Assembly: GCA_004375895.1 (NCBI GenBank)
Contig: SOJW01000011.1
Location: 637-64,636 of the forward strand
Length of the DNA stretch: 64,000 bases
Direction: 5' to 3'
Origin: Candidatus Stahliibacteriota bacterium
Lineage (GTDB): Bacteria; Hydrothermota; Tepidihabitantia; B3-TA06
Shown here: one piece after another, positions 27,683 through 35,412 of the stretch
Layout: each line of letters opens with the position of its first letter
Numbering within the stretch: position 1 is the stretch's first letter
The notes under the pieces: model-generated
What the model was told of the DNA's origin: nothing
Seen by the model: only the letters and a program-made list of their open reading frames with translations
Database searches by the model: none
Program-made: the position numbers and the translations under genes

Positions 27683-28177
27683 CTAGAATTCCCACCTTTG
27701 TCTTCTAAAGAACTCGTTCAAATCTACGCATTCCACTCCATAATGAGCACACACATTTGGAATATTCGGACGCCCTTTTGGATCAGGACTTTTATATCTT
27801 TCTCTGTTTATAACCGTCCATCCTCTGTGTTTGGCCAAAGCAATCACAAAAGGATCCGCTTCTGGTGTTTCTTTACTTTCATCTACTAACCTAAGACCAA
27901 ACCCTGGAATGATAGTATTTGCTATCTCACGCGCCAAGGGCATATAATTATTTTGATCCTCATCTGGGTTAACAAACATCTTTTTATTCTTCTTGGCCCA
28001 TTCCCAAAGTTTATCTTTCCCTCCCTCTCGCTTGTTGTCTTCATATTGATCCAATTCATTGAAAACTTCCCGCGGGGCAATGAGGTATCCTTGCATTATA
28101 AACCCCCCGATGTGAAACTCATCCCATACGGAAGGGAATATATCTGGAGGACATTTCCTACGATATAAATGTATCAA
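27683..28177 (-). CDS. DUF4411 PIN-like protein; the conserved N-terminal strand lies upstream of the first canonical start
   Basis: IHLYRRKCPPDIFPSVWDEF matches my recollection of DUF4411 N-termini. The in-frame upstream codons read SKDYVIDTAP. AT-rich. Confidence 0.65.
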   Translation of the reverse strand: MIHLYRRKCPPDIFPSVWDEFHIGGFIMQGYLIAPREVFNELDQYEDNKREGGKDKLWEWAKKNKKMFVNPDEDQNNYMPLAREIANTIIPGFGLRLVDESKETPEADPFVIALAKHRGWTVINRERYKSPDPKGRPNIPNVCAHYGVECVDLNEFFRRQRWEF

Positions 28178-28224
28178 CGGAGCAGTATCTATAACATAAT
28201 CCTTTGAATAACTCCGGCATAACT

Positions 28225-29397
28225 TTAGATACTTGCCCTCGCAAGTTCCTCTATCTGGGAAAGATACTGGAGGCGAGTGCCTAAATAATCTGCAACGTCA
28301 CTTAAGGTAATTCTTTCGCTTTCATAAGCCTCTAAAACCAAAGATACGAAAGGGACTCCTTTATCTCTAAGACACTCTCTTGCCATATTCCTTCTACCAC
28401 CCTCTTTTTTCTTCTCCTCTTCCCATTTCTCATACCACTCTTCTCTTTTATCTTGATAAAAATCCTCAGTTGTTAACCCAAGTATTAAAAATCGCCTTAA
28501 GATTACCTCCTTACTCACTTTAAATACTAGAGAAAGCTCCTGCAAATCTTCTTCTGGCCATTCTATTTTTTTCTGCTTGGTTCTAACTAATGGATAACTC
28601 AGCAAATCAGCCCTAGGCACCAAAAACGCCCCTGCAAAATGGTTGCAGAACACCTCAATACGCTGGTGGTTGGTATGTTTCATGTCGCATATTCCACCGT
28701 GATCAATCATTAAATGGGCATACTCATGGAATAGAGAAAATATCCTTCCGTTAATAGAATCATCAAGATTGAGAATTATTGCAGGCAATTCACCTTCAGT
28801 TAAAGAAAATCCCCTAGTTTCTTTAAAAGGCATCCTCATCTGAAATAATAACACACCTCGACGTTCTATTAAATGTCTCCATTGGTTGAGGGCCTTACGA
28901 TTGTTCTTCCACTCAAATTGAGTTTGTATTTCTACACCTAATTCCTTCCTTGTCTTGCTCGCTAAATCTTCCGCACTTGATGTCAAATCCTCATACCGCT
29001 CAGGCAAACTAGCCCTACCAATTTGAGGCTCAATTTCACGATCAAGTTCTCTTGCTAATTCTGCAGCTAAATTTTGGAGTCGTCTGGCTCGTCGAATGGC
29101 TAACCGGGTGTCTGGAGAAAATGGCTCCCTCTCACCTTCAGGCAAAGTCCGAAAATCATCAGGGAGAGGGGGTTCCTTTGGAGGCTCAGACAACAAGAAT
29201 ACTGCAAGCGGCCGCTTATAGAGGTTCGCAAGCTTTTCCAATTGAGCGAGTCGAGGTTTCTTTTCCCCAGATTCAAATTCTTTTACTGTTTCCGGAGTCG
29301 TTCTTAATCTTTTGGCGGCTCTCTCTATACTCTCACCAATACTCTCTCGCGCCCATACAAGCACTGTGGGTTCGACAAATACCTCAATGGTTGGCAT
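28225..29397 (-). CDS. XRE-type HTH fused to an ImmA/IrrE (COG2856) zinc metallopeptidase
   Basis: N-terminal HTH-like region (ERAAKRLRTTPETVKEFESG). HEYAH (HExxH) motif. AT-rich. Confidence 0.8.
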   Translation of the reverse strand: MPTIEVFVEPTVLVWARESIGESIERAAKRLRTTPETVKEFESGEKKPRLAQLEKLANLYKRPLAVFLLSEPPKEPPLPDDFRTLPEGEREPFSPDTRLAIRRARRLQNLAAELARELDREIEPQIGRASLPERYEDLTSSAEDLASKTRKELGVEIQTQFEWKNNRKALNQWRHLIERRGVLLFQMRMPFKETRGFSLTEGELPAIILNLDDSINGRIFSLFHEYAHLMIDHGGICDMKHTNHQRIEVFCNHFAGAFLVPRADLLSYPLVRTKQKKIEWPEEDLQELSLVFKVSKEVILRRFLILGLTTEDFYQDKREEWYEKWEEEKKKEGGRRNMARECLRDKGVPFVSLVLEAYESERITLSDVADYLGTRLQYLSQIEELARASI

Positions 29398-29431
29398 AAC
29401 TTAAATATATAGAACCTACCCTTCTTGTCAA
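29398..29431 (-). promoter_or_regulatory. Consensus promoter abutting the XRE-ImmA ATG (leaderless layout)
   Basis: On the minus strand: TTGACA (29431-26), 16 nt, TATATT (29409-04), 6 nt, ATG at 29397. Confidence 0.5.
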
Positions 29432-29565
29432 GCTTCGACAGTCGCACATCACGCTTGACTTACCCCCAACCCCTTTATAATCGAGGCCAATGGCAAAGAA
29501 GCGGAAGCGCAAAAAGAAGAAACCAGTCTGCGAGGCCGATTTAGCCGACGATCTACTTTTACATG

Positions 29566-29598
29566 TTGACATCCTCTGCAAGCGGACTATTATCTGTG
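29566..29598 (+). promoter_or_regulatory. Promoter abutting the purL GTG (leaderless layout)
   Basis: TTGACA (29566-71), 16 nt, TATTAT (29588-93), 5 nt, GTG at 29599. No SD before any candidate start. Confidence 0.4.
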
Positions 29599-32451
29599 GT
29601 GATTTACAGGATCGAGGTTTCCAAAAAAGGCGCCGATCCTCAGGTGGAGGGTCTTGCACGCTTGCTCTCCGAGGAGGGGCTACCCTCAAAAGGGCTTTCC
29701 ATCATACGCGTATACTTCCTTAAGAGCAAACTTGAGAAGAAGGAGATCGAAGCCCTTGCTGCAGAACTTTTCGCCGACCCTGTAAGCGAGGTGGTTTCCC
29801 TCGGACGCTCCCAGCCACCGGGCATGCGTGCGGTTGAGGTTTGGTACCATCCTGGCGTAACCGATCCTGAATCAAACTGGGTCTTAAACCACCTTAGGAA
29901 CCGCCAGATCGCGGTAGACGATGTTCGCAGGGCCACGCGCTTTATGTTCCCGGCGTCGGTACCCAGGGCAAAGCTTGTGCGATTTGCGGAGCGTCATCTC
30001 TTCAATCCGTTGATCCAGCATCTGGCTGTAAGAGGCGAGGAGCCATTCCCAAGGCATAGGGGGACAAGATTCAAGATAGAAGAAATCGAACTTGCCGGGC
30101 TTTCGGATAAAGAACTCCTCGAACTTTCCACAAAGCGCGACTGGCACTTTGATCTTACCGAGATAAAGGCGATAAGGAATCACTTCGCAAAGCTCGAACG
30201 CGATCCGACCCTTACCGAGATGGAGACCTTAGCCCAGACGTGGTCAGAGCACTGCGTGCATAAGACATTTAACGCCGCCTTTGAGGTGGAGGGTGAGAAG
30301 TTCGGCAACCTCCTTGCTGATACCATCATGAAGCCCTCGCGGGAACTCGATCGTCCATGGTGCCTTTCGCTGTTTACCGACAACGCAGGGGTGGTGGAGT
30401 TTTCTGCTGACGTAGCAGTGGCGTTCAAGGTAGAGACCCACAACCATCCCTCGGCGATCGAGCCTTACGGTGGCGCGGCTACGGGAATCGGAGGTGTTAT
30501 AAGGGACGCCTTGGGAACGGGGCAGGGGGCTGATCCCATCCTCAACACCGACGTCTTCTGCTTCGGCCCACCCGGCTTCCCATCGCGAAAGCTCCCCAAG
30601 GGAGTGCTCCCGCCGCGCCGCATCCTTGAAGGGGTGGTGAGAGGGGTACGCGACTACGGAAACCGCATGGGCATCCCCACTGCATCAGGTGCTCTTTACT
30701 TCGATGAACTCTACCTTGCAAACCCGCTGGTCTACTGCGGGACACTTGCTATTATACCGAAAGCAAAGGTTGCAAAGAAGGTCTCCAAAGGGGACGTAAT
30801 AATCCTTGCAGGTGCGCGTACCGGCAGGGACGGGGTGCACGGGGTGACCTTTGCCTCGACCTCGCTTGCCGGCTCCTCACATGCCAAGCACGGCTCCGCT
30901 GTCCAGATAGGCAATCCTATAGAGGAGAAGCTCCTGCGTGATCTGGTGATAGCTGCGAGGGATCGCGGATTGATTGCCTCGATCACCGACTGCGGTGGCG
31001 GCGGACTCTCATCCGCGGTGGGCGAGATGACCAAAAACAAAGGCTGCGTTGTTGATCTGGACCGCGTACCACTGAAGTATGCCGGTCTTGCCCACCACGA
31101 GATATGGATCTCCGAGTCCCAGGAACGCATGGTTATATTCGTTAAGCCTGATAAGGTCGAGGGGTTCATGAGCCTGGCAGACGAGATAGGGATCCAGGCA
31201 ACCGTGATCGGGGAGGTCACCGACGACAAGGTCTTGCACCTGCGCTACCGGAATAAAGAAGTGGCTGCTCTTGATATGGGTTTTCTGCATAATGGATTAC
31301 CTTCAAGAAGCTTCAAGTTGAAGCCACCTGGACAAAAGCCGTGCAAGGAGAGCGATGTCGTGGCACCTCGGGATCTGGGCCAGGCGCTCCTGCGCCTTCT
31401 GGGTCAGATCAACGTTGCTTCAAAGGAATGGGTGATTCGGCAGTACGACCACGAGGTCAAGGGCGGGACGGTTCTCAAACCTCTTATAGGCACAAAGCAC
31501 GACGCTCCTTCGGACGCGACCGTTGTCCAGCCCTTGCTGGATGATAATGCAGGAATCGCGGTTGCCGCAGGGCTCGCGCCGCGCTACGCACTCATTAACG
31601 CATACGCTTCGGCCGCGGCGGCAATAGACGAAGCGATCCGCAATCTGATCGCGGTGGGAGGACGCCTTGATCGCATCTCCTTGCTTGATAACTTCTGCGC
31701 AGGCGACGTCTCGGACGAACGCATACTCTACGAACTGGTTCAAGCCGCAAAAGCATGCAGGGACGGGATAAGAGCCTACGGAACGCCCTTTATCTCTGGC
31801 AAGGACAGCCTTAACAACTTCTTTGCCTCCGCCAAAGACGGGAAGATAAACATCCCAACCACCCTTCTTATCTCAGGCCTCGCACTTGTACGCGACGTCC
31901 ACAAAACCCTTACCACTGACTTCAAACAACCGCGCTCGCGCATCTATCTTGTTGGCGAGACAAGGCTGGAGATGGGAGGCTCGGAGTATCTGCGTATGCA
32001 CAAGAAGCTGGGCACGAGGGTGCCCGTGGTCGATATGAAAGGTGCACGCAAGCTCTACCGCAAGATCGAGCGGGCTATACGAGCTGCTCTTGTGCTTGCG
32101 GCACACGATCTTTCCGACGGCGGGCTGGGGGTGGCGATCGCTGAGATGTGCATGGGGGGGGAGCGGGGTGCGCGTATACATCTTGCTTCGATTCCCACCG
32201 AAAAGAAGATTGATCGTGCAGATTACCTGTTGTTTTCAGAAACCCAGAGTCGGATGCTCCTTGAGGTCGCAGAAGCCAACGCTGCTGAGTTCGAGAAGAT
32301 CATGGCAGGAGAGGTCTTCGCTCAGGTAGGCGAGACAACCAACGATCAACGTCTTGTATTTACCGACGACGGTCGCCGCACGGTGGCAACCGCCTCCGTT
32401 GATGAGATACGCGCAGCATGGACCCAGGGGCTTGCGCGGTTTCTTGACTGA
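29599..32451 (+). CDS. purL: FGAM synthase subunit PurL with two N-terminal PurS-like domains (PurS-PurS-PurL fusion)
   Basis: WSEHCVHKTF and ETHNHPSAIEPYGGAATG motifs. An N-terminal extension of about 150-200 aa carries two V.V...G..DP(Q/E) PurS-like modules. The start is uncertain (29563, 29596 or 29599). Confidence 0.9.
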   Translation: MIYRIEVSKKGADPQVEGLARLLSEEGLPSKGLSIIRVYFLKSKLEKKEIEALAAELFADPVSEVVSLGRSQPPGMRAVEVWYHPGVTDPESNWVLNHLRNRQIAVDDVRRATRFMFPASVPRAKLVRFAERHLFNPLIQHLAVRGEEPFPRHRGTRFKIEEIELAGLSDKELLELSTKRDWHFDLTEIKAIRNHFAKLERDPTLTEMETLAQTWSEHCVHKTFNAAFEVEGEKFGNLLADTIMKPSRELDRPWCLSLFTDNAGVVEFSADVAVAFKVETHNHPSAIEPYGGAATGIGGVIRDALGTGQGADPILNTDVFCFGPPGFPSRKLPKGVLPPRRILEGVVRGVRDYGNRMGIPTASGALYFDELYLANPLVYCGTLAIIPKAKVAKKVSKGDVIILAGARTGRDGVHGVTFASTSLAGSSHAKHGSAVQIGNPIEEKLLRDLVIAARDRGLIASITDCGGGGLSSAVGEMTKNKGCVVDLDRVPLKYAGLAHHEIWISESQERMVIFVKPDKVEGFMSLADEIGIQATVIGEVTDDKVLHLRYRNKEVAALDMGFLHNGLPSRSFKLKPPGQKPCKESDVVAPRDLGQALLRLLGQINVASKEWVIRQYDHEVKGGTVLKPLIGTKHDAPSDATVVQPLLDDNAGIAVAAGLAPRYALINAYASAAAAIDEAIRNLIAVGGRLDRISLLDNFCAGDVSDERILYELVQAAKACRDGIRAYGTPFISGKDSLNNFFASAKDGKINIPTTLLISGLALVRDVHKTLTTDFKQPRSRIYLVGETRLEMGGSEYLRMHKKLGTRVPVVDMKGARKLYRKIERAIRAALVLAAHDLSDGGLGVAIAEMCMGGERGARIHLASIPTEKKIDRADYLLFSETQSRMLLEVAEANAAEFEKIMAGEVFAQVGETTNDQRLVFTDDGRRTVATASVDEIRAAWTQGLARFLD

Positions 32452-33239
32452 TGCACGCAGCCCTCCTGCAGTTTGCGCCAATCCGGGGGGATAAGGAATC
32501 CAACTTTAGAAAGATTAAAAAGCTGTGTGGAAGCACACAACTTGATCTGCTTGTGTTGCCAGAGCTTGCCACAACCGGCTATCTCTTCGGTTCCAAAGAG
32601 GAGCTAGCCCTCCTGGCAGAGGCCTTCCCAGGAGGCCAAACGAGCGAGTTCCTTACCGAACTTGCCGGAACGATCGGTGGGCATGTAGTCTGCGGGGTGG
32701 CTGAGAAGGAAGGAGAGATTCTTTACAACTCGGCGGTGCTCTTTTCTCCACAAGGACATCTGGGGACTTACCGCAAGGTGCATCTGTTTGATAAGGAGAA
32801 GGAGCTATTTGAGCCGGGCAACGTGGGCTTTCCTGTATTTGATCTGGGGGAAGCCAAGATCGGAATGATGGTCTGCTTTGACTGGATATTTCCGGAGTCA
32901 GCCCGTTCCCTGGCTCTTGCTGGGGCCGAGATCATCTGCCACCCGGCGAACCTTGTCCTGCCCTACTGCCCTCGAGCCGCCCTGACACGTGCGATTGAGA
33001 ACCACGTCTTCTATCTGCTCTCAGACCGCATCGGCGCGGAACAAAGCCGAGGTGAAGAGCTTAGTTTTATCGGGCAGAGCCGAATACTGGGGACTAAAGG
33101 AGAGATACTGGCGTCGCTTGGCGAGGAGGAGGCGCTGATAACGGCAGAGATTGATCCTTCCCTTGCCGGAGACAAATATGTTACCTCCTGCAACCATCTA
33201 TTTCATGACCGTCGGCCGGATTGCTACCGTTTGGGATAG
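32451..33239 (+). CDS. Carbon-nitrogen hydrolase (nitrilase superfamily)
   Basis: Sequence context fits a CN-hydrolase E-K-C triad (LPEL; the RK of YRKVHLF; the C of VCFDWIFPE). ATG overlaps the purL stop (TGATG). Confidence 0.8.
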   Translation: MHAALLQFAPIRGDKESNFRKIKKLCGSTQLDLLVLPELATTGYLFGSKEELALLAEAFPGGQTSEFLTELAGTIGGHVVCGVAEKEGEILYNSAVLFSPQGHLGTYRKVHLFDKEKELFEPGNVGFPVFDLGEAKIGMMVCFDWIFPESARSLALAGAEIICHPANLVLPYCPRAALTRAIENHVFYLLSDRIGAEQSRGEELSFIGQSRILGTKGEILASLGEEEALITAEIDPSLAGDKYVTSCNHLFHDRRPDCYRLG

Positions 33240-33292
33240 GGTTCGTTCGCCGGACGTTCAAACATCCCGGTCTGGAAACCTGAAAGCCCCAC

Positions 33293-33321
33293 TTGACAAA
33301 GCAGGTATACTTCGATATAGT
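33293..33321 (+). promoter_or_regulatory. Sigma70-like promoter of the roadblock/LC7 gene
   Basis: TTGACA, 17 nt, TATAGT. The leader carries GGAGG before ATG 33345. Confidence 0.5.
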
Positions 33322-33344
33322 GAGTTCTCAAAAGTGGAGGATAG

Positions 33345-33767
33345 ATGCTCGGACTAGAAGGGAAACTGCGGGGTATCCTATCAAGACTCAACCAGGCTGC
33401 CCCTGAGATTCAGGCCTCCGCGGTGGTAAGTATGGACGGGCTGATGCTTGCATCCGCCCTGCCGCCAGGAACGAACGACGACGACATAGCCGCTATAGCC
33501 GCCACCCTTCTGGGGCTTGGCGACAGGACTGTCCAGGAGTTCCAGCACGGGAGGCTTCAACAGGTCTACGTGAAAGGCGATAGGGGCTATACCATCATAA
33601 CCAACACCGGTCAGGATAACGTACTGGTGGTGGTAACAGACGAAAACGTCAAGCTGGGCATCATCTTCCTTCACATCAAACTGGCGGCGAAGGAGATCAC
33701 TCATACGTTCCTGCATCTTCTGGATGCATCGGATCAATCCGCGTCGCCGCCTACATACCCAGGGTAA
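33345..33767 (+). CDS. Roadblock/LC7 (MglB-like) domain protein
   Basis: ASAVVSMDGLMLAS...YTIITNTG.DNVLVVV pattern. Confidence 0.7.
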   Translation: MLGLEGKLRGILSRLNQAAPEIQASAVVSMDGLMLASALPPGTNDDDIAAIAATLLGLGDRTVQEFQHGRLQQVYVKGDRGYTIITNTGQDNVLVVVTDENVKLGIIFLHIKLAAKEITHTFLHLLDASDQSASPPTYPG

Positions 33768-33910
33768 CACCCCGTAACACCCCGTACTCCTTCGGGGCAG
33801 AGCTTGCCCCTTGAAGTATTTTATACTTCATAGGGTATTCTCATTATTACTTGGAGCTAACGCTCCAGAACATCTAAGGATATAACACCCGTAACACCCC
33901 GCAACACCCC
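33762..33910. repeat. AT-rich hairpin core of about 95 bp flanked by (GTAACACCCC)n direct repeats
   Basis: Left repeat GGGTAACACCCCGTAACACCCCGTAC (33762-87). Right repeat ATAACACCCGTAACACCCCGCAACACCCC (33882-910). The core holds hairpins GAAGTATTTTATACTTC and TGGAGCTAACGCTCCA. Confidence 0.6.
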
Positions 33911-34013
33911 AGATATCCCTTAGCCCTTTAGGCCCCCCCACCTATTTTTTAGAGCGGGTGATGGCGGCCTCACTTATATCTACAGCAAACTACCTTACCT
34001 CTCTCAAGAGCGC

Positions 34014-34808
34014 CTAGCTGAATCGGCTACAGGCTTGCTTCACAAGGTTGGCTAAAAGCAGATATCCGTGAGGTTTGTCGTTAAACTCCCCACGCGTGTG
34101 AGACGGATGCTGCTGGGGCAAAACAAACCTTTCGGGGTGAGGCATCATGCCCATAACCTGGCCGGTGGAGTCGGTAATCGCCGCAATGTGATCATCCGAC
34201 CCGTTTGGGTCCTCAGGATACTTAGGTGAGCCGCCGTCCCCCCCGCAGTAGCGAAGAAGCACCCGACCTTCAGCTTGCAAACGATGCAGAACCTTCTTAT
34301 CACGGGCAAGAAAGCGCCCCTCGGCGTGTGCCACAGGCAAGGTGATGATCTTGGATAAACCACGAGTCCAGAAGCTCTTGCCTTCCGGCCTCAGATGTAC
34401 CCAGCGATCCTCAAAACGCAGTGATTTGTTTGCCTCAAGCGTGACCGAAGGCTTCTCGAACGGTTTTTCAAAAGTCGGCAGCAGTCCGCTTTTAACAAGC
34501 ACCTGGAAGCCGTTGCAGATTCCGAGGATAAACTTTCCTTCCGCAAGGAACCGTAAGATCTCATCGCCTATAGTGTGGCGCAGATCCGCGGCGAAAAGCA
34601 TCCCGGCACCCACGTAGTCGCCGTAGGTGAACCCGCCGGGTAAGATCAAGATTTGATACTCGGCAAGCTTTTCAGGGTGACGCGAGAGCATACGCAGGGT
34701 CTCTTCATCGGCATTACAGCCAAGATGACGGAACGCAAAGAGCGTCTCCGCGTCGCAGTTTGTGCCGGGTCCGGTAAGAACAAGAACCTTGAGTGAGGAT
34801 GCCTCCAC
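34014..34808 (-). CDS. purQ: FGAM synthase glutaminase subunit PurQ
   Basis: GICNGFQVL nucleophile motif. HPE near the C-terminus. GTG start. Confidence 0.9.
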   Translation of the reverse strand: MEASSLKVLVLTGPGTNCDAETLFAFRHLGCNADEETLRMLSRHPEKLAEYQILILPGGFTYGDYVGAGMLFAADLRHTIGDEILRFLAEGKFILGICNGFQVLVKSGLLPTFEKPFEKPSVTLEANKSLRFEDRWVHLRPEGKSFWTRGLSKIITLPVAHAEGRFLARDKKVLHRLQAEGRVLLRYCGGDGGSPKYPEDPNGSDDHIAAITDSTGQVMGMMPHPERFVLPQQHPSHTRGEFNDKPHGYLLLANLVKQACSRFS

Positions 34809-34841
34809 ACCCGAGTCTACCTAACTCTTAGTATTTGTCAA
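34809..34841 (-). promoter_or_regulatory. Promoter abutting the purQ GTG (leaderless layout)
   Basis: On the minus strand: TTGACA (34841-36), 16 nt, TAGACT (34819-14), 5 nt, GTG at 34808. Confidence 0.45.
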
Positions 34842-34934
34842 CGGGTAACACCTTACCCTACACGTCTGCTGCACAGCCGTCCGGGGACCCGGGAGTGTAT
34901 CGACAGCTACTCCGTCTTCCGTATAATTCCTAAG

Positions 34935-35173
34935 TATGAGAAGTTTTGACCTGACCAGGAAACCAATGGGCCATAACGGCTGCTGGTTTGTGCTGTCACT
35001 AGCTTGTGTGGTGGTAGACATTACCATCGCTGGCGCTGGTCAGGTCGCTTCTCCTTTGTAGAAAAGCAGAGGAGATTTTGCTGGAAAAGGCAGGGCTGGA
35101 GGTCAAGGCCCTCTACGGTGACTATCAGCGGGGCGAGCTCAAACATCAATGTGAAATACTTGACAGACCTTAA
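34935..35173 (+). pseudogene. Decayed class I SAM-methyltransferase remnant (C-terminal part, frameshifted)
   Basis: One frame gives RSFDL...NGCWFVLSL. Another gives AEEILLEKAGLEVKALYGDYQRGEL...stop. No intact ORF is present. Confidence 0.4.
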
Positions 35174-35247
35174 AGTTGCACTAGGATAGAGGAGTCGGGA
35201 GGCGGCCGCAGGGTGACGTGGGATTGCGGGAATAGGCCGCTTCCTTT

Positions 35248-35286
35248 GCCCCGCGGTGTTACTTCCTAACACCGCGGGGACTATAT
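35248..35286 (+). repeat. R2 variant fused to the following R1 copy
   Basis: GCCCC-GCGGTGTTA-CTTCC-TAACACCGC-GGGGACTATATA. Confidence 0.5.
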
Positions 35287-35327
35287 AATGCTCCTTTTTC
35301 GCCCTTTTAAGGGACGAAAAAGATCGC
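35287..35327 (+). repeat. R1 element copy
   Basis: AATGCTCCTTTT-TCGCCCTTTTAAGGGACGA-AAAAGATCGC. Confidence 0.7.
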
Positions 35328-35382
35328 AGGATAAAATCGGTAATGGCCGCAACAACCGGTCCTTTTCGTTTTCCAACAACCC

Positions 35383-35412
35383 GCGATCTTTTAACCGGAG
35401 GTTAAAAGGAGC
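35383..35412 (-). repeat. R1 element copy overlapping the stop codon of the GH114-like gene
   Basis: The reverse complement reads GCTCCTTTTAACCTCCGGTTAAAAGATCGC. The TAA stop lies inside the element. Confidence 0.65.

Noticed and set aside
27664-27684. AGATTT-N9-AAATCT hairpin between the NlpC/P60 and DUF4411 stops as an att site or terminator
   Set aside because: It is a 6-bp AT-only stem with no matching copy at the other end of the island (29400-29460). This is too weak to call.
35287-35327. R1 elements as ordinary rho-independent terminators
   Set aside because: The hairpin is preceded by T4 and followed by A4. There is no 3' U-tract in the orientation shared with the upstream genes. 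Canonical terminators in this window (11146, 48768 and 62556) look different.
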